From the NCBI GenBank assembly GCA_037441475.1, contig JBBISB010000001.1:136163-200162 (forward strand): a stretch of 64,000 nucleotides of DNA, in the 5' to 3' direction. The first letter of the stretch is position 1, and the number at the start of each line of letters is the position of its first letter. Source of the DNA: Candidatus Iainarchaeum sp. (GTDB lineage Archaea > Iainarchaeota > Iainarchaeia > Iainarchaeales > CSSED10-239). This document shows positions 10,256 to 21,400 of the stretch, in pieces. A program made the translations under genes and the position numbers. The notes beneath the pieces were generated by a model. The model was not told the origin of the DNA. It saw only the letters and a program-made list of their open reading frames with translations, and ran no database searches.

Positions 10256-13200
10256 TTATTTAATTATTTGTATAGGGATATAACCACTTACATTAAACTC
10301 AGATAAGTTTTGAACAAGATATTGTTGTGTACTACCACTTATTCTTAATATTTTTTTACTTCCTGCTTTTTCACCTAAATAAATTGCAAAATAGCCCATA
10401 GCTCCAGAAGAACTTGGGGAAGTGTAACCTATAAAGTCACCAGGAGATAAATTATTTTCAGCGTAAGGACTACAGGTTTCATAATTACAAATAAAATTAA
10501 CAACTGTAATTTTATTTGTTTTTTGAATACCTTCTAATGCAGCTAACTTATTATACATTTCAATACCAGAACCATAGTTAGTTAAGTTAGGAGAAGTTCC
10601 ATTCAAGGAATCTAAATTAATATAATTATTTGTAACACTAGAATCTTCAGTTTCAGTAGTGGTTGCAGTTCCAGTTCCAGGAGTGGTTGCAGATCCAAGA
10701 GTAGTAATTGTAGAAGTGCCTTTTACAGCAGCTTCAAGAGCAGTTGTTGCCTCTTTTATTTTTTTCTTATCTCCACCAGCAATTGCTGCTTTTAAAGCAG
10801 TTGCAGCAGTAATAACATCAGAATCATTATTTCCCTCTACACTTTTTAATAATTTATTTGCCTTATCTTCTGCTAAAGCAAATATCTTACCTTGTAAAAA
10901 AGCAGAGATAGTTGTAGTGTATATTCCTTCTCTTAAGAAAGCAACAAAGGCCATCTTCCATTTAGCATTTTCTTTTACAGTAAACTGTCCTGTTATCTCT
11001 TGACTATAACAAAGGTTAATAATGTTTGTAACATCGTAAGCTATAGCACTCATAGAAAGACCAGTACTCTCAGATGTCTCTGATCTATAAAGATCAAACT
11101 CATATCTTTCAAGATCTAAACAATAGTCAGTAGGTCTAACATATACCTTAACTCTTTTTATTAAATCTTCATCTTGTCTTGATTCTTTCATAGCACCGTA
11201 AACGTTTAAAACATAAGCACCAGGTGTTGCGCCCATAGATGATACTGTAACAGCTTGACTTGTACCTGTAGAAGATACCTCAATATCTCCTCTAGGATCA
11301 ACTATAAGACCAATACAATCATCACATGAAAGTCTGTATACCATGCTTGTAGAGCATGCTTTATTTTCAATAGTGAAAGAGTCCCCCATTTGTCCAACAT
11401 TTAAAGTGTTCTTTGAGAATACAACACAGTCTTTTAAATTTGTAACATCAATCTCAAAAGCGATTTCAGAAACTATTTCTTGAGATCCATTACCAGTATT
11501 GTTAATAGATCTAAATTGTACCTTACCTTTAACAGTTCCTTTCATTCTTCCTATAGGTTCATACTTTAAAACAACTGGAAGAGATCTATCTCTATCAAAA
11601 GTATCAAGTAAATTTCTATAGTTACCATGTGTAAGTTCAACAGATCTATTATCTATACTTACTATAAACTTACCTTGTGGATTAGATTCAAATAATACTC
11701 TTGCTTCAAGACCATTTGATAAAGGCATGTTTGTTCCTTTTATAGAACATGTGTTTGCAATTATAAAGTTTGTTTGTACAGGTTTATTTATAGAAACATC
11801 TTTCCATAAACCATTTGAAATTGTTAAACAATTTGAATTATCAATCATACCATCAAAGCCAATATTTACTTTAATAGGAAGTTCTGTTTGCCATTTATTA
11901 TCTCCACTTGAAAGAACAATGTAAAGTGTTGAAGATAAATTTTGAAGTTCTCTAATAGTTTCAGCTCTTGGGTTTAAACTTATTGTTAAAGGTATAACTT
12001 TTGAAGCATCTTTGTTGTCAGGTAAACTTGATACTGTATCGTATCCTTTTATAACAATTCCAACACTTTCAAGAAGAGAATTATTAATTCTTGCTAAGTC
12101 AACAACCTCTAAACCATTTCCTTTAACAACTAACTCTTCAATAGTTAAGTCTATTGGAAAAATATTATTAATTGTAAAGTTTTCTGTTTTTTGTTTTTCA
12201 TTAAAGATATTTAATGAATATGCTAAGTTTCTTGGTATTATATTAAATAATCTATCAGTAGCTCTAAGCTCTATTAAAGTAGTTTCATACTCTGGAGCAG
12301 AAACATAAACATATATAACATCATTTGGACCTTGAGCAGGGATGTTTGAAACATTTAACTCTCCTGTTGAGTTAGGTATTGCAAGAGGTCCTTTTATTGT
12401 ATCTTTAAATCTATCTTTAATAGTTACAGTAGCATCTTTAACAGGAACTGAAGATTTTGAATCTTTTTGTTTTACTAAAAGATTAAAGTTTTTACCTGAA
12501 GGTATAACTTGTGGATCAGCTGTAACAATTAATGTTTTATCAGAAGCAACATCTATGAATAATTGATTAATAAATCTTACTCTTTGATCTGATATAAACT
12601 TAATAGATAAGTTTCTTGTACCTTTTAATTTAGGAGTGAAAATAATTTCACCAGTTACCTTTTGTTTAGATAACAATTGTGTTATTGAAATATCAAAAGT
12701 GTATGAAGATGGATTATTCTGTGTGAATATCTCTCCATTTGGTTTAATGATCTTAATAGTTTTAATATCAAGACCTTCATCAATATTCTCTAAAATGAAT
12801 CTTGAGGATAAATATCTTGTTTCATTTGAGTTATTGATTAATGTAAAAGTATACTTATACTCTTTGTTTGGTTTTGCACCAAAACTATCAGTAACATCGT
12901 ATCTTAAATCTTCTAAAACATCAACCATTGTTGAAGAGAAACAAAACTCTGTAGAACAGAAAAGTTCACTTCCCACACCGTATGTTATATGGTCATAAAC
13001 ATCATAATATTCTATTTTATCATTACTTCCTAAATATTGGCTAAATGTTTCATACTCTTCATCTTGGTTTAAACCAAAACCAAGATTATATATTTTTAGT
13101 TCTTCACCAAAGACAGCTGTATCTTTAACTGAAATTGTTGCTTCTATTTCATAGTTGTTATAGAAACCAATAGAACCTGTATAATCAATAGGCCATTCCT

Positions 13201-15370
13201 TTAATGTTGCTTTAGCCCATTTAAAATTTCCTTCAGTTAAGCTATCTTGATCTTTAAAGCCTTCACTTTCATGTGGAGGGTTTAAGTTATATTGAGTGTA
13301 TTTTTGTATACTATCTAAATATGGAACATCTAGATGTTTAATAAATAAAGAATCATTTTCAATCATTGAAGTTGAACCTGTTCTTAATAAGAAACCAATA
13401 TCTTCAAATCTATCATCTCCAGTTCTGTTTTGAGGAACTAAAAGATTATATCTTACTTGATAATCCATTCCAGCCTTTAAATTATCTTTAACTTCTAAAC
13501 CATCTTTAAAGATACCAATAAACTCCATTCTAGGTTTTGATGTAGAACTGTTCTTTGGATATAAAGTAACTGTTAATTTTTCTTGAGTATCTGCTCTTAA
13601 AGGAACAAATCTTGATTGTGTTTTTCCATAAAAGTCATTTAAGTAATCTGTAGCAACAACATAATAATCATTACCAGCATCAACAAAGAATTCAATTATT
13701 CCTTGTGAGTTTGTAAGATTACTTCTAAGTGGTATTGCAGGAGTAAAGCTGTAGTAACTATATCTATCGTATAAATCTATTCTTGCATCTGGAACTGGCA
13801 TGCCATCTTTATCAACAACAGAGACAAGTAAAGAACCTTCTGAAATACCCATTGGTATTATAATTTCTCCAGAAAGATCTGGAAATTTAACATTAAATTC
13901 AAATGATGAAGATTCTCCAGTGACACTTCCCTTAATAGCTTTAGCTATATATCTTCCTGATGAAATATTTATTGTAGCATTTCCATCATAGTTTGTTACA
14001 AATGGTTTATAGTCTGTTAAAAAGCCAGTCTCTGCATCATATAAAACTACTTTTGCAAACTTAAAGCCTTTTCCATCCCAAGTTGTAACTTTAACTTTTA
14101 ATGAAGCTAAAGTACCAGGAGTTATTAATGTTAATGGTATTACTATAGGTGTTGAAGGCATTTCTGCTTTTGCAGTTACGACTTGTCTTTTTATTAAATA
14201 ACCTTCAGCATCAACAACTACATTATAGTCTTTTATTTCAGGGACAGTGAAAATTACATATCCATTATCATCTGAAATTTTTGTTTCAATAGTATTATTT
14301 GAAATTGTTTTTAAACTTACTTCAGCATCTTTAACAGCACCAACTATTGGAGCTGTTACTCTTACATAGACATAACCTTTAACATCTGTTGTAAGTGTTT
14401 CTGTTTTAGTTGTATTTTCTGATAAATAATATGGTTTTGATAAAGTTCCGTATAAAGGAACTGTTCTTTGATCTGAATAGTTTGCTGTATATTCTCCTTT
14501 AGAAACTTCTTCGATTGTACATGTTCCGGTAGATATAGTTATACATGAACCAGCAGAACCGTAGTTGTTTGTTAAAGTTACCTTAATATTTGATAAGCCT
14601 TCACCTAAGGAGTTTTTAACATTAAAAACAACCTTAAATTTATCTCCTTCAAAATTAAAGTTTGTAGGTATAAGTGCAATTCTTCCTGTTGAGTTTGTAA
14701 TAGGAATATCATACTGTGAAACATACCCTGTAAAAGATATTGAAGAGATTGCTAATCTACATTCAGGGAAAGCATCAACAGTTATTTGACCATTTGAAAA
14801 ATTCATTGGTGCAGGAGCCATGCTTCCATTTAAACATTTAAAAGCAACTGAACCTGATCTATCAATAATTTGATTTGTTTCAGAGTTTACTGCATTAAAG
14901 GAATAAGTAACTGTAAGAGGTGTTACTTTAGTTGGTTCTAAAGCTAAAGGAATTATCTCAAAATTTTCTTTAGATAAAATCTCTGTTGTGAAATTATTAT
15001 AATTCTCTTCAGAAATATCTATTTTATAAAAGGAATTTTTAGGAACTTTTGATTTTTCAGTAAGACCATTTTCTGAAGTTTTAAGATATAGGTTACCTTC
15101 TGTAGTTGAAACTATTAAAGATATATTTTCAAGCAAAGCACCTGTATCTGCATCCATAACCTTAAACTGGATATCAACTCCATCTCTTACTCCACCTGAA
15201 GGTAAAAGTAAAAAGATAAGTCCAGAAATTATAATTAAGATTAAAAGAAGAAATAAAACAAATGAAGGCATAACCTTATCTATCTTATCTGTGATCTTGT
15301 AAAGACCAGTTCTTTCAACAAAACTATAGTATCTATCTTCTAGATTGTAATAAAACTTTTTAAGTCCCAT
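10256..15370 (-). CDS. Giant membrane-anchored surface protein (1704 aa). Conserved N-terminal cytoplasmic motif plus TM anchor, then a beta-rich ectodomain.
   Basis: N-terminus MGLKKFYYNLEDRYYSFVERTGLYKITDKIDKVMPSFVLFLLLILIIISGLIFLLL, with the motif shared with CDS 15411..22376 and 24515..32605. Contains the FCSTEFCFSS..VDVLEDLRYD module also present in CDS 30..7310. SD-like GAGGT upstream of the ATG. Confidence 0.85.
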   Translation of the reverse strand: MGLKKFYYNLEDRYYSFVERTGLYKITDKIDKVMPSFVLFLLLILIIISGLIFLLLPSGGVRDGVDIQFKVMDADTGALLENISLIVSTTEGNLYLKTSENGLTEKSKVPKNSFYKIDISEENYNNFTTEILSKENFEIIPLALEPTKVTPLTVTYSFNAVNSETNQIIDRSGSVAFKCLNGSMAPAPMNFSNGQITVDAFPECRLAISSISFTGYVSQYDIPITNSTGRIALIPTNFNFEGDKFKVVFNVKNSLGEGLSNIKVTLTNNYGSAGSCITISTGTCTIEEVSKGEYTANYSDQRTVPLYGTLSKPYYLSENTTKTETLTTDVKGYVYVRVTAPIVGAVKDAEVSLKTISNNTIETKISDDNGYVIFTVPEIKDYNVVVDAEGYLIKRQVVTAKAEMPSTPIVIPLTLITPGTLASLKVKVTTWDGKGFKFAKVVLYDAETGFLTDYKPFVTNYDGNATINISSGRYIAKAIKGSVTGESSSFEFNVKFPDLSGEIIIPMGISEGSLLVSVVDKDGMPVPDARIDLYDRYSYYSFTPAIPLRSNLTNSQGIIEFFVDAGNDYYVVATDYLNDFYGKTQSRFVPLRADTQEKLTVTLYPKNSSTSKPRMEFIGIFKDGLEVKDNLKAGMDYQVRYNLLVPQNRTGDDRFEDIGFLLRTGSTSMIENDSLFIKHLDVPYLDSIQKYTQYNLNPPHESEGFKDQDSLTEGNFKWAKATLKEWPIDYTGSIGFYNNYEIEATISVKDTAVFGEELKIYNLGFGLNQDEEYETFSQYLGSNDKIEYYDVYDHITYGVGSELFCSTEFCFSSTMVDVLEDLRYDVTDSFGAKPNKEYKYTFTLINNSNETRYLSSRFILENIDEGLDIKTIKIIKPNGEIFTQNNPSSYTFDISITQLLSKQKVTGEIIFTPKLKGTRNLSIKFISDQRVRFINQLFIDVASDKTLIVTADPQVIPSGKNFNLLVKQKDSKSSVPVKDATVTIKDRFKDTIKGPLAIPNSTGELNVSNIPAQGPNDVIYVYVSAPEYETTLIELRATDRLFNIIPRNLAYSLNIFNEKQKTENFTINNIFPIDLTIEELVVKGNGLEVVDLARINNSLLESVGIVIKGYDTVSSLPDNKDASKVIPLTISLNPRAETIRELQNLSSTLYIVLSSGDNKWQTELPIKVNIGFDGMIDNSNCLTISNGLWKDVSINKPVQTNFIIANTCSIKGTNMPLSNGLEARVLFESNPQGKFIVSIDNRSVELTHGNYRNLLDTFDRDRSLPVVLKYEPIGRMKGTVKGKVQFRSINNTGNGSQEIVSEIAFEIDVTNLKDCVVFSKNTLNVGQMGDSFTIENKACSTSMVYRLSCDDCIGLIVDPRGDIEVSSTGTSQAVTVSSMGATPGAYVLNVYGAMKESRQDEDLIKRVKVYVRPTDYCLDLERYEFDLYRSETSESTGLSMSAIAYDVTNIINLCYSQEITGQFTVKENAKWKMAFVAFLREGIYTTTISAFLQGKIFALAEDKANKLLKSVEGNNDSDVITAATALKAAIAGGDKKKIKEATTALEAAVKGTSTITTLGSATTPGTGTATTTETEDSSVTNNYINLDSLNGTSPNLTNYGSGIEMYNKLAALEGIQKTNKITVVNFICNYETCSPYAENNLSPGDFIGYTSPSSSGAMGYFAIYLGEKAGSKKILRISGSTQQYLVQNLSEFNVSGYIPIQIIK

Positions 15371-15410
15371 ATTTTATAACCTCTTATTTTGAAAAATTCC
15401 TTTTTTATAA

Positions 15411-18400
15411 TTATTTAAATTTATCAGGATTATGCCATAGTAATAACTCTGGGTTATTTCCTGAAATATTGAAACATACATTTCCTGTAGGTATCTCCTT
15501 AAAGACATCATTCATTGTATTGTATGTTAATTTTGGTTCTACATTATTCATTACTAAATTATAGATCATGAAATTATTACTCACTACTGTTTTTGTAAAT
15601 GCAGTTACATTCTTTGTATCTCCATTATTGATTTGTGGATTTGCATACAAAGCAACTTGTAAAGATGTTTTATCTTTAAGTAAGAATAATCTATTCATGT
15701 TGTTTAAAACCTTAAGATCAGTGTTATTGTTTGTTTGAACTATCTTAAAGTTATATGGTTTATTAAAGTAAAATGGTCTTGAGTCTATGAAAGTATAGTT
15801 TGCCATATCCTTAAAGCTAAAGATATATCCATCTTGTATTGTGTCTGTAGATGAATAATCTGTAACATTATAAATTCCACTTAAGAAAGGAGCATTATAT
15901 AATGTATTGCTTTTAGACATAGTATATCTAGGGTTAATTGGCATACTGAATAATATGTTTTTATTATATTCATCAGGAAGTGCCCTTACAAGACTTCTTA
16001 TCTTTATAACAACATTCTTACCAACACCTTGTGAAGCATGTATTAAATAAACACCTGGTTTTGAAACATTCATAGCTCTTTCATAAGTAAATTCATATGT
16101 TTTAACAACAGTACTACTGTTATATGTGTTTAAGATATTAACATTTAATGGATCATTAGTTTGTCCAAACTTCTTCAAGCTTGAAGTAAACACTTGTGGA
16201 GAAGATCCAAAGTAAACTTCCATGTTTGCGTATACTTCTGCTCTTTGGTTATCATTAGAAAATTTATTATGTAAATTATTTAAGAAATACTCAGCAGTGG
16301 TGTATTGATAGTCCCCAATTGTAACTACTGCTAAATAATCTCCGCTTGGATTATATTCAAGACCCTTTGTCTTAATAATGGTTATTTCTCTTAACTCCTG
16401 AGGAATAGAATTAAGTAATTTTACAGCTTCATCAATATAACTTTGAAGAGTCTCTTTTCCTTGCCTATTAAAGTCTTCACAAACATCTCCGTCACCACAG
16501 AAATCAACTTTTATATCTGATCTTTTTATTGTTTGCCAATCTTTTTCAAAGTAGATATCTCCAAGTTTTACATATTTTGAAGTATCTTTTAAACTATCTA
16601 AACCAACTACCTTCTTTTGTAAATAATCATAGAATTGCTCTTGATCACAGTACATGTTATCACAAGAGGTTGCAGTTATCTTTGAAGAATCATACTCAAA
16701 TAAGATTTTATCAAATCCATAATCGTTGTATGCTTCTAAGCCAGTTTGTCCAAGATTTGAAGAAAGGTCAGGAGCTAAACATTTAAGAGCACCAGTAGCT
16801 ATAGTTTCTCCATCAGCAGTTGGTGTTACAGAACCATCAATACTCCTATCACTTACAGCTGTTGAAACACCAATAGAGATATGTGATTCTAATTTTGCTT
16901 TTTGATTCTCACTAGATGCCCAAAGCTCAAATACTTTATTAATATTAGAGGTCTGACCTTCTTTGAAAAGATCATAAATTGTTATCTTACTATTAACAGC
17001 TAAAACATTATTAAATGAATCAACTGGTCTTGTAAAACATAATTTGAAAATATGTCTTGTTGGTTTTAAAAATCTAATACTTACCTTTAATGGATTATAA
17101 GTATCCTTAAGGTAATAAGTACCATTATCATTAATATAAGAGGTATCCTTAATACCGTTTAATGGAAAGTCTTTAACATAACCAAAGAAACATCTAGTAA
17201 CTTCAGTTTCTTGATCCATTCTTTTAAACTTATCAGCAGTCAATTGATTTTCAGGAACATGTATCATAACAGCTTTATTTTCAGAATCTAAGGTGTAAGT
17301 TAACTTAACAGATGTATCAACAAACATCATATCTTCATCAGTTACATTTTCATCAGTAAACTGTTTTATTAAATCCCAGTTATCCTTATTATCTAAGATA
17401 AGCCACTGGAAGTTATCTGTAAGTTGCATACCTACATTATTATAGATTAAAGAGGATTGTCCGTGTGGTGGTTGAAGACCAACTTGAAGCACAAACTTTA
17501 AGTTAACTGTATCCTCTACATCTATTAATATTTTTCTAAAGGATGAAACTATTCCTGCTGCTAAAGAATACTGTGAATATTTATTTAGATATTCCTTTGC
17601 AGAAACTGTGTTTTTAATCTCTGGATTTCTTCTTAATGCAATTTCCCAATATTCAATTGGTTTATTAGTTGTAAGTTCTGTAAAAGTATCCACCTTAATA
17701 GGCTGTATCTTACCTTGCATCTCTCCAACAGTTAAGAAAGAAACACCATCAAAATCAAGATCCATTAAATCAAGATAACTAACTTCAACTAATCTATAAC
17801 CATCAGCAAAGCAAGTGTTCATAACTTTTACCATTTGGTATTTAGGGTCAAGTATATTTGAAAAATCTAATTTTTGAGGAGTTACCTGTATACATTTTGA
17901 AGGCATAAAGCTTATTGGTAAAGTTACTGAAACAGGCACATTTCCTACAAGTCTATAATTTGCTTTATTTACTAAAGATGGCTTAACATTAACAGGTATA
18001 TTGAAAGTACCCATTGACTCTCCACCTAAGATAGTAGTTTCTTTACTTTCACCAGGCTCTAAACTAAACTCTGCATCAGAAGTAATTGTTACACCGTAAG
18101 ATGCATCAAGCTTAATTGTAACACCCTCTAAACAGTTGTTCTTAATATAGAAAGGTCTTACAGGACAGTTCATGTTGTTTGACATACCCATATTACCATA
18201 GTTATCTTGAGGGTAACCTGACATAAAATTATAACTATTATAGTTACCAAAAGTATTTTGATACTGTGCTGTTGGGAAGTTATAAGGGTTAACTGTTGAT
18301 GCTTGAGGACCAGCATAACCAAATTGTCCAACTAAATTGTAATTTGGATTTCTGTACCCTTGTTGTTGAGTAAAGTATCCTTGTCCTGCTTGATATGTAT

Positions 18401-21400
18401 TATGAGGATTAAATTGATTATTCATGTTGTATGGAGTATTAAAGTTATTTCCTCCAAAGTAAGGATTATTGTATCCTGAGGAGAAGTTATTACCACCATA
18501 ATATTGATTATAGTTATTAAATCCTGAAAACCAATTACATGCAAGAGCAGGAACTGGTTGTTTAGGCATTTCTATACATTCAGCATAGTTGTTAACAATA
18601 ACCTCTAATGGAAGTCTTGCCTTAACTTCATCAACACCATTGATATTTCCTTTCTTAGATGTGAAATATATGGTTGGAGTCTTAATATTTGATGCTATTT
18701 TATAAGCTTTAAACTTTAATTGTAAAGTTGATTTTGCATTCTTTAAAAGAGAGGATAATATAGAAACTTCTTTTAAGTCTTCTAAAATATATTCTTTACC
18801 AGAAACAACAATAGATAAAACACCAGCTTCAGATTCATTACCCCAATCTGCCATAGCGTTAATAGATGTTAAATCAATTGCAATTTGTCTTGAGGTACAT
18901 TTATTCTCTACTGTAAAATCAAAAGTAACTGTTTTATCAGCCTCTGTTCTTATGGAAGCTGAACTTGGAAGTACTTTTAAACAATCTAAGGAATCAAGAG
19001 CATTTCCTAAAACAACTCTAACTGTTACTGGTATTGTAACAAGCCATGTCTTATTCATTTCTTCGCTTCTTATCCTGATTGCAACTTCGTTTTTAATAGT
19101 TTGTTGAGTATAAAGATTCATTCCTGCTTCTGTTAATGTAGCAGTTAAGGTTATATCATTTTGAGAGTTTCCATTTATGGTATAATTTTCAATATCTAAA
19201 GCTAACTTTACATATTGATTATCTAAGCTTTGAGATACAGAAACTATAGATAAAGGAACATATGCTTCGTTAAATAAACTAAAGTTATAAACTTCTCTAA
19301 CGTTTACTGATGAGTCTAAAGTTAAAGTTATTTCCTTAGGTATTGCAGTGATTAATTGATCATCAACAACTAAGGAGATGTCTTTCATCCTATATTCATT
19401 CTTTGTAACAATTATTCTAACAACATCCCCTAAGTCAGTTGCTGGAAGAACATAACCATACAAACCTTGTGAGTTTGTAAGAGATACAACTAAAGGATTA
19501 TTGTTTAATAAAATATTAACATTCGCACCATTTACTGGCTTATTACTATGATCAGTAACAGCAATCATTAAATCATTTGCTATAAATGGAATAATTTTTC
19601 TTGGTACCATTTCAACATACATTTCTTTAGCTTCCTTAACATCTATAAAAATGTTTCTTGAAAACACTTCTTGTCCGTTTGAAACTATTGAAATTGTAAT
19701 AACATCAGAAACATCATCAATAACCTTAAAATCAATATCTCCTGAAAGAATATCATTAGAGGTTAAAGATCCAATCTCTATATTTGAAAACTCATTTCCT
19801 CTTAAAAGATTACCTGTAACTGAGTTGATCATGTATTCTTTTAAAACAACTGAGGAACCTGTTGTTATTACCATTGTTGAATTAGGAGCAATCTTTCCTT
19901 CTAAAACATTTAAGTTAAATGAAAGTCTATAATCATTATTAATCTGTGCATTATATCTATCAATTATGTTTCTTGAAAGATTTGTTTGGTTGCTTGTTAT
20001 TGTAAAAGCATAACATAAAAGTGAAGAACATTGGTTCTGTGAACCAGTAAACAACATTGCTTGCTTTGTTTGTGCATATAAATTTTGTTTTGTATTTCCA
20101 GAAGTATAAGAGGTATCAACAGGTGATCTTACTATACTTGTACCCTCATAAAACTCAGCCCTATAGTTTAAAGCTTGGTTTATAAAAGCACTCTCTAAAA
20201 CAACAACATCAGCTTCAATTAAATAACTTCCTTCTAAAGGATTGTTAATGGTTAAGTTAAACCACTTTGCATTTCTTAAAGTCTTGTTTGAAAGATCAGT
20301 TGTTTGTCCTGAACATGGAGTGTATGAAGTTGATCCAATAGTTTCAGACTTAGCGTATCTTACTTCCTTAATAAATAAAGCATCCTCTAAAACAGTATAA
20401 GTGGTTGTACCACATACTGGGTTTGGTGCATTTCCTATTCTTAAGTGTGCTACAACTTTTGAAAACTTTTTAGTAACATTTAATGAATATCTAGCAGTTA
20501 CTTGCATACCTGGAGTTACAGAGTTTATTTTTTCTCCTAAAGCATTATAGAAACCTAAAAACTCAATACCTGATGTTTGTGAAATTCTTGATGGTAAAGT
20601 AAATGAAAGATTAACAATCTCATTTGCATTAATCTCATATCTTGAAGTTATAAATTTAGAATCAAAATTATCAATAACAAAGTATACTTGCTTATCTGCT
20701 CTTATCTTTATTAAAGTAAAACCCTCTGCGTTTGTAGATGTGGTTTTATCTGCTAAGATACTATCGTTTAAAGTATCATAAACATATACGTTTCCTTGGT
20801 AGAAATCCCCAAACTCAGTTTTTAAAGTTAAGTTAAAGGTTCCTTCTCCAATTGTCATCTTTATTACTTGTTCATTTATTTGTTGTTCAACAATTCTAAA
20901 TGGATTTGTAAACTCAGAAGTAAATTGTCCTTTAGATGAATCAAGCTTATATGTTCTACTTATATCTAAGTTTGTTAAAACAGCTTTACCATAAACATCA
21001 GCAGTTATTGTTTGAAGAATAATGTTTTCTTCAGCATCCCATAGTCTAATGGTTGCAAAATCAACTGGTTTAAGTAAATTATCTTGAACTGTTATAACAA
21101 GGCTTCTTAAGTTTTCATTAGTTATTGGGTTTAAAGAGATTTGTTTTACAGAGTCACTTATTCTTAAGTTATTCTCTGTTTTTAAAATATAATTAGGATT
21201 ATTAAAAACAACCTTGTAAGTTATGTTTTCTTCAACACCGAAATTTACAAGACCTTCTTTGTTTGAGATTAATGTTTTTACAAGTGTGCTTGTTTTGTAT
21301 AAAGAAACTGAAACATTTTCAATAGCTTCTTTTGTTTTAGAATCAATTACTTTAAATTTAAGTTGACCAATATATGCCTTTGTTAAAAGAACATCTTTAT

